Origin: Rotaria socialis | Taxonomy: Eukaryota | Assembly (NCBI GenBank): GCA_905331295.1 | Contig: CAJNYD010000072.1 | Span: forward strand, 50,735 to 95,660 | Length of the DNA: 44,926 bases | Direction of reading: 5' to 3' | Shown here: in pieces, positions 37,424-44,926 of the stretch | Layout of the letters: every line of letters begins with the position of its first letter | How positions within the stretch are numbered: position 1 is the stretch's first letter | Notes under the pieces: generated by a model | Told to the model about the DNA's origin: nothing | Databases searched by the model: none | Seen by the model: only the letters and a program-made list of their open reading frames with translations | Program-made: the position numbers and the translations under genes

Positions 37424-37733
37424 TAGTAGCGTAACCAAGAATTCTCTCGTGGTAGGGCGGCGTCCTACCACTTTAAAAGTTCCATCCACCACTATAACTT
37501 AGATTTTTTCGGCGGCTGAAAACAGATCCTCAAGTTCTACCTTCTCAAAAAAAGGATAACTCAATGTATCTATACTATTATATTACGTGAATTTATGTGA
37601 ATAATAAATTTCAACAATATTCGACTGTTTTGTACTTAATGGCAAAGCATCGATTATTTTTTCATTATCAACAACAAAATTTCTTTCAAAGGCTAATAAA
37701 GACAAGTGACTCAGTATATCGTCGCAGATACAG

Positions 37734-38700
37734 CCCAGTCAGACAATTCTCTTTAAAAAACGCGTTAAAACGCGTTAAAATTTCATGAGAACGCTGTTTT
37801 AACGGTTTTGTTAACGCATTTTAACGCATGGTAGGTTCCTCAGTACGTCAAGATGCGTAAAAATATTTAGCCTTTCAACGTTTTTACGCGTATATGGCTC
37901 AATTTTGACGAGTTTTATGATGTTGAAAAGTTACGACGCGTATTAACGCGAAAATTATCATTAAAAGAACGTATTTTTACGCATATTTTTTTAACGAGTA
38001 TTACTATGTTCAGCAATCAATCATCATTTCTATGTTTTTACTTGAATTTAACGTGTTGAAATGAGTTTGCCTACTACGACTAGTTAAAACTCAGAGCCTC
38101 ATATTCGATAAATTAAATTCGTATGAACAAATNNNNNNNNNNNNNNNNNNNNNNNNNNNNNNNNNNNNNNNNNNNNNNNNNNNNNNNNNNNNNNNNNNNN
38201 NNNNNNNNNNNNNNNNNNNNNNNNNNNNNNNNNNNNNNNNNNNNNNNNNNNNNNNNNNNNNNNNNAATTCACATATTGAATTCTGATGTTGATCGAATCG
38301 ATAGGCAGCTTTCTCTATGATTGAATTATATCCAATGGAAATAGTATTTGGAGGTGTTGGAAATGGTGTATAGACAAGTAAATCATTTATGTATTTTATC
38401 CCATTAAGTAAGAAGAAATCACAATCCATGATTTTCGCTTGATCAATGATAAATATAATGTTAGTAGTAGCTATTAATCGAATAATACCAACAATTACAC
38501 CAAGACGAATATTGTTGGAGTCATCAACGTATATCAAAGCCGAATCATCGGCTTGACTATTGCTCGGTCTATGAACTTTGAACGGTACATCTTCACAGAA
38601 GCACAACGAATTACTATTCAAGACACCATCAAACTCACAACAGATCATTTGATAATAGATTCTACTAATGATAGAAAACATCAGATCTTTTTTCTTACAG
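37734..38700 (-). mobile_element. Truncated second CMC/EnSpm element: one terminus plus a transposase C-terminal remnant
   Basis: CCCAGTCAGACA terminus followed by TTAACGCG subterminal repeats (37755-38060). The minus-strand ORF ...ADDSALIYVDDSNNIRLGVIVGII...IIEK resembles EnSpm transposase C-termini. Interrupted by the N gap at 38133-38265. Confidence 0.55.
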
Positions 38701-39179
38701 CTATACCACTTTTCACAAAAAAAAGTATTTTTTTAATTGCTAAGTAATCACAATGTTTGTATTCAAATGAAGGTTAAAATTGCAGTAGAATTACTTATAT
38801 AAATGACTTTTTTTTGTACACTTGCTCATGAAATAATATAAAAACGATTTTGTTTTGACTCCAGCTGAAACATTCATGTGGAAGCGTAAGATGATTTCAC
38901 CTTCTTTACATATAAAAAAAAAAGCATATTGAACGCACTTTATATGATGAAATCTTTAACAAAGATAAACAAAAATCCAGATTGCCAACGATTCATGACG
39001 AACAGAAAATGAAATTCTTATCCTTCTCTTTCTATTTTTAGTTGAAAAGTAAACAAGTATACGATACAAGGATTATTTCATATTGTAGTATTAAACTGTT
39101 CGTTCATTCTAACTCGATCTTCGACAATACTAGAATCTTTTTATCATGCATTTTACTCAAATAATCAGAACAATTCTAT

Positions 39180-41135
39180 TTACAACGAAGGAAAGTAAAG
39201 ATGAACATCACTTGAATGCACGAGTATGTCCTCGAGAATTAGCCATTTCACTTTAGCACAATTGGCTCGCGTTGCATCTCTTGTGAAGTTGTCTGTCACA
39301 GTTACCAAATTAGTATAATCTACCTCTAATTTGGTTAGACGCGGTAAATATGTCTTTGCAGCATGAAGAAATTGTTCAACATAATACACATCTGCACGCC
39401 TGACGTTAAGTGATGTAAGATGCGGAAATTCAACTATTGAGTGTGATTGATTATATGGAAGTTGTATTGTTTTATTATCCAAGAACCAAAGCGGTGATCT
39501 ACAATTCAAAACCATAAATTCCTTAAGCATTGGGAATGCTCGTGCGATCCGAATGAAGAATTAATGTTTCAAATGAACTGAATCTAACACCTTCAAAAAA
39601 GTAACACGATTGAAAGTAATATGTGGAAACGTATTGCCAATATAGTCGAGACGATCAAATGAAAACGGAAGCGAAAAGACATGGCATATGCCTGTGCCGC
39701 AGCTGTAGTTTACGATACAAGCCACTTGTTGCCATTGTAATTTATTAAAAGTTTGTTGAATATCGTTACTAGATAACCAATGAACTGAATTATCAACATC
39801 AATCTCAGTACGAATATAAAAGGTAAATGTACGAAGCTGTGGCATATGAATAAGAATTTTATTATAAAGATGTGTGCCATCCACGAATACAGCTCGATTT
39901 TCAATGGAAAGATATAGAGTTAATTCTTTAAGATGTGACATACGACGAAGAAGAGGTATAACTTGTGCATCATAAACTTTAATAAAATTATACGTTAATG
40001 AGAAACACTTCAGATTAGGTAGATCATCCTGGAAAATACAAAACAATATTTATGAGAAGAAAATTCATAGAGTTCTTCTAAGAGACGGTATTTTAAATTT
40101 CCATGATATCTATTGGATTCTATGGAACATATACTATTTAGAAATGATGATTGAGTTAATTACCTTCTCCTTCTAAATTCTCAAAAATAGCAAACTAATA
40201 AATATTCAGAGAATAACTGTGAACAGAAACAGTACATCAGATTAGTTAAAACAAGTTTGTTTTCAATCCATTTCAAAAATTTTCTAAAATAAGACATCAG
40301 TTTACCATATTGTGACCAAACGTTGGATGATTCTCTCTACCATGAACACTAACAATGAATGTTGACAACTGTTTGAGACGACCATCAAGTAAAGAAAGAC
40401 AATCTTGTAATGTATTCAGACTGATGCATAATTTTGTAAGAGTTGAAGAAGAAAAAGTAGTTGATGGCAAGTCTGAAAGTGACAAAGGTTGACATTGGTC
40501 CCTCGATAATCCAACAATACTCAAATGGGTTAAATTTTTGAAGAAAGTGAAAAGATGTATATACACATTTTTAGCGTAAGTCTTCACTGATATATTGCTA
40601 ATATCTTCATTACATATAAGACTAAGGTCAGTAATTTGTTGTCGGGAAATATGTTGAAAGGACGATTCATCTAAAAAAAAACAGATAGTGTAATTTTTTC
40701 TTTTTTACTACTTTTATTGTTGAATTCTTGAGTAGTTGAATACATGAATTATTTACCTGTAAAATAACCTGAACAGATGTCTTGGTTAAAATTGACGAGT
40801 TTCAGTTGGTTGAGATAAGGATAATCAGCAACGAGAAGAATTTTTTCCATAGATGTTGAGTCAAGAATGAGACATTTCACATTGTGATGAACTCTTGGCA
40901 ATATATCGGAGCAGAAACGATCAAGTATTGAGGCAGGAATCAAATAAATATCATCAGTCAATGCCGATACAAAATTGAGAATATTTGTAAAAATCTTGTC
41001 TTGTGCTAAAATGGCAAGTCTTTCATTATTAATATCCGAAAGTGAATAAAGCACATCAACATTATTGAGTTTTCTGAAAATGATAAGCAAGATTTCATTA
41101 GGTAGATCAAGAAGGTGAACATCAGATCGGACCAT
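39180..41135 (-). pseudogene. F-box/LRR-like gene with a single premature stop
   Basis: Exons 41135-40757, 40670-40306 and 40028-39180 splice in frame. N-terminal F-box-like LLDLPNEILLIIFRKLNNVDVLYSL. In-frame TAA at 39561-39563 within KH*FFIRIARAFP, after which the frame continues to YFPSL. Confidence 0.85.
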
Positions 41136-42352
41136 GTTTGATTGTGATTGTGACGTATATATTTCAATGCATGCATGTTCATTTTTTTTATGAATATTTC
41201 CATGATTGGATAAAAGCGTCAATGACCTCGTTGAAGAAAGTCAAGCGTCAATGAACTCTCTTGTTTGCTCATTTTTTTTTATTTTTATTTTTATTTTGCG
41301 ATAATTCACGACCATTCGATTCTTACAGCGTCGTGTTTAAGAGTGGAAGGAAGAAAAAAGAAGATGTAAAAACAATCATATAAATCGACAGACGAGGAGA
41401 AAGAAGACAAGTCAAGAGAAAGAGAAAAGAAAATGATGTAACTATATGGAATTGCATTTATGCACAAGTAACGAAATATTTTTGATTTCATAAACGTTGA
41501 TATATTGATGAATATCAGCATTCGTAGAGTAAGTTGTTACAATGAAGTTTGTCATTACAATCGAAAAGTGAATATACATTTTCCATTGATGTTAAATAAA
41601 ACATGATTTCTAGTAGAACAAGATCAGATAGCAAGAAATGTAGACATTCTGTTGCTTTGTCGTAGATTTAGAATAAATAAGTATATCACTTATTGATCCA
41701 TTCTAATGGACAACTGAGGATGTTCATTGTTAAAATAATATCTAACCAAATATCAGTATAGTATCGATGCACAGTGACGAAATATTTACACTTACCGTTG
41801 TTTGTTTCCTCTAATCAACGATCATTTGTGTCGAATGATCTAATAGTGTTTCTTTTCCTATATAAAGATGTATGCTACAGTTAACTTTGACATATTTTTA
41901 AGTCATAAAATGGTTAGTTTCTAATTCCAGACAATTCAAATGAAATAACTATGAAAGATATTCCATGAAAATTTACTTTCACGTTTTGAAAAATACGAGT
42001 AAAAAAATTAATTGTGATTTAAAACGTATATAAAAATGATGTGTATATTTTTGGAATTCAGTCAAATAAGAAAATTCATTTCGATTATAAAATTATTATA
42101 GATAACATGAATTTCCTAATCCGACTGAACTCCGAATCATGGATTGTATTCCTTCAATAGTATACGCAAAAGTAGTTTTTTTTTGCATTGGTCATGAAAA
42201 TTTGCTATAGAATTTGGTAGCGATACATTTTAGCTTGTATCATCTATCATGTAATCATGTGGAGAAATTTGAATTTCATAGAAACAAGAATTTTCCGTAT
42301 TCTTTTAAAAGTTAACTGAATTTTAAAATTAATCTGTTTATTTGTATATATA

Positions 42353-42380
42353 CAGTGGTTTGCAAAAAGACTTGGAACAA
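42353..42380 (+). mobile_element. Solo Tc1/mariner-like TIR
   Basis: TA followed by CAGTGGTTTGCAAAAAGACTTGGAACA. No partner was found in the window. Confidence 0.35.
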
Positions 42381-43987
42381 TCTTATAACATGAACAGTTT
42401 TTATTTTCCAGATCCTCTGAATGCTTTGTTTTGCGGCTATTGTAGATTTATACTGAGTAGACTGACTATCCACTAAAAATATTCACATATTTGGTTGATT
42501 GTTATTCTATTGTTGTATAAAATCAAGCTGATATAGTAAACACAGACAGTCTGAAATCACATCATACTCCTGACTTACATTATTGAAACGTAGGAATGTA
42601 TTCCATCAGGAAAGTTCACCGATATACAAAGGTACTACTGACTACAATCAGTTAGAACTTTTAAAAACTCAAAATTCAATACTCTGTAGAATAGTGAGTA
42701 GTCACAGACCGAAAAAGTATGGTTGATTCCAGGAGCAGCCTTGCATCACGTCAACCAATTAAACGGCATAATGAAGTCATGTAGAGAAAACTGGCTGACA
42801 CATAATGTGCATAATGTGAAGTAACTGTTTTCACAATCGTATCTTAACGCTATGTGAATTTTTTCAAGTATGAATATTGAAAAAGGGTGTGGGTGTGGCT
42901 GTGTGAAAATTCCTTTGGTACACGAACACCCACACACACCCATCCAAACGAATATTTATAAAGCGACTATGAAAGATCTGAACAGTTTAAGGATGAGAAG
43001 GATTTAAAAATTCGAAGTAATTGATAAAATTGTTGCATCATGTTTTTTCCACATATGGGAAGAAGGCTAAATTTAGTGTTTTGACTTTGAGTAATATCTT
43101 TGATGAATTTTTTTTTCAAGGTTACTACGACAATGTACTACTATTAAAGTGGAACTAGGCAACGCACTTCGATAAATAAACAATTCAATTCATTGGAAAA
43201 AAATTCTGGCTCAATTTAATTCAACTCAAAAAATAACTTTTTCAACTTAATTTGATTCAATTCATGTGTCTTGACAATTTTTTCCAATTCAATTAAGTCT
43301 ATTCATATAATTTGAAAAACTTTTAAAATTGACGTGAGTTCAAACCGATTGCTTCAATGTAAAAAAATTTTGCAACTCAATTCAACTAATTCATCGAACA
43401 TGATTTTTTTCCAATACATTTTGCTATTCTTTTCTACATTTATTTCTAGTCCAAAGAATGAAAACATTCGGATATTAGTCAGAGTTTATGTACTTTTAAC
43501 AAAAGAATGACCTTTTATTCAACAATAAAACTTAACTAATCTTTTCTATTCTGATTCATATTATGAAGACAGTCAAGATCATACAGTTACATATCATAGT
43601 TCACTCTTAATCACCTATTCATATATGAATACCAAAATAATTAGAAATTTACTGATATTTATGCATTATTTCATGGTCATCATTCTCTTATTCATATACC
43701 GCAATTAGTCAGTTTACTATTAATATTATATCGACTGATATTTTTGAAAAATATTTCATACATCTGCAGCACGAATCATAATAAACAAAAAGAGAAGCGA
43801 GGAAGATGTTTTTCTTCAATGCAGGTCACTATTAGTTTGATTAGTGAATATGGCACTAGTATCAGAATCAATATTAACACGTTATCAATAAAATTCATCA
43901 TAATTATCAGTACAAAAACCAAACCGAATTCGACTAGAATTGATTGATATTTATTCATATGATCTTTAATCAAGGAAAAAAGATACA

Positions 43988-44140
43988 TCTTATCTATATA
44001 TAATTCCAGCGGTTGTCTGTCGTAGCCTCCTAATTGCGGCCAAAGATCAGACCAATTAGCAGACCGACCGTGTGGGCGGAAATTGATCTGATTTTTGGTC
44101 GCTATTCGGACATAGTCGTTGTTTGTTACAGAGCCAAAGG
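43988..44140 (+). mobile_element. Helitron-like 5' end
   Basis: A|TCTTATCTATATATAATTCCAGCGGTTGTCTGTC followed by a GC-richer block. No clear 3' hairpin-CTRR end. Confidence 0.4.
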
Positions 44141-44926
44141 TCGAATATAAAAATTAGTGTGCCAATAGTCCAAATATAGATTTAACAGGCGTTTGATTTT
44201 ATCTTCATTAGACAGTCTACTATTCGAAAAAGAACGAATTTTTATGAATTTTAAAAAAAAAAGAACTTCAAGATGAGGAAATTAGAAGCAATGGAGGATT
44301 TCTCAGAAAAAAGTTCAGCCTCGAAAATTTCAAAAAATGCCTCTAGATTCGAATTGCGCGATCTTGAGAGTCGTCGATGAAACCTTGCATCAGAAATTAT
44401 TATTTTCAAAAGAATATCTCTTATATATATTTTTCTTCTCATCATGGCAATAAAGTGATTGTAAAAGATTTCAAATATTTTAGCATTCATCATAAGGTTG
44501 TATCTCTAATCTAATTCGGATTTATTTCATAATAAATCATAGATTTTCGCTTTGTTTTTCATATTCCTTTTTTTTTAATTTAAAATTACTAATTTAGACA
44601 AAAACTAGTTCGACATTATAGAAACACAGATTTCATGTCCTCCAAATATTTCTTTATATTGACACATACAATGAAAAACTATATTTACAATAAAGGAAAA
44701 TACAGATGAAAATCTTTAGAACGAACATATAATTCTTCTATAATGAGACGTCTTATTTGAGAACAATTGCGACGTGCTAAATCATTGGTAAAATTGTTTG
44801 TAACGATTGCTAATGTTTCATAACCAATATAAAGTTCCAGAAAACGAGGTAAACGAGTATTTTTTTCAAAGAGAAATTGTTCAGCATAATCAACACACGC
44901 AAGCGTAATATCCAGTTCTTCAAGAT

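Noticed and set aside
43150..43400. AATTC-repeat block as a MITE
   Set aside because: It is repetitive, but no paired termini or TSD were identified.

Overview
AT-rich eukaryotic genomic DNA with many short (about 45-60 nt) GT-AG introns. The gene content (a protoglobin-type globin, an F-box/LRR gene and an LRR gene built from 84-nt exons) suggests a bdelloid rotifer, but this is inference. The window is an island of transposons and decayed genes. It holds an apparently intact 6.2-kb CMC/EnSpm DNA transposon encoding a spliced transposase and an 8-exon 427-aa second protein, and a 2.08-kb non-autonomous CACTG element that carries an array of 14 intron-flanked 24-30 nt micro-exon-like units. 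It also holds several hAT, Ginger-like, Sola-like and Helentron-type (HINE) non-autonomous elements, two minimal hammerhead ribozyme motifs, one intact intronless protoglobin gene, and pseudogenes or fragments of LRR, F-box, MAP2K and ABCD genes. There is a single N at 11893 and an N gap at 38133-38265. All family assignments come from motif recognition by eye; no database search was run.
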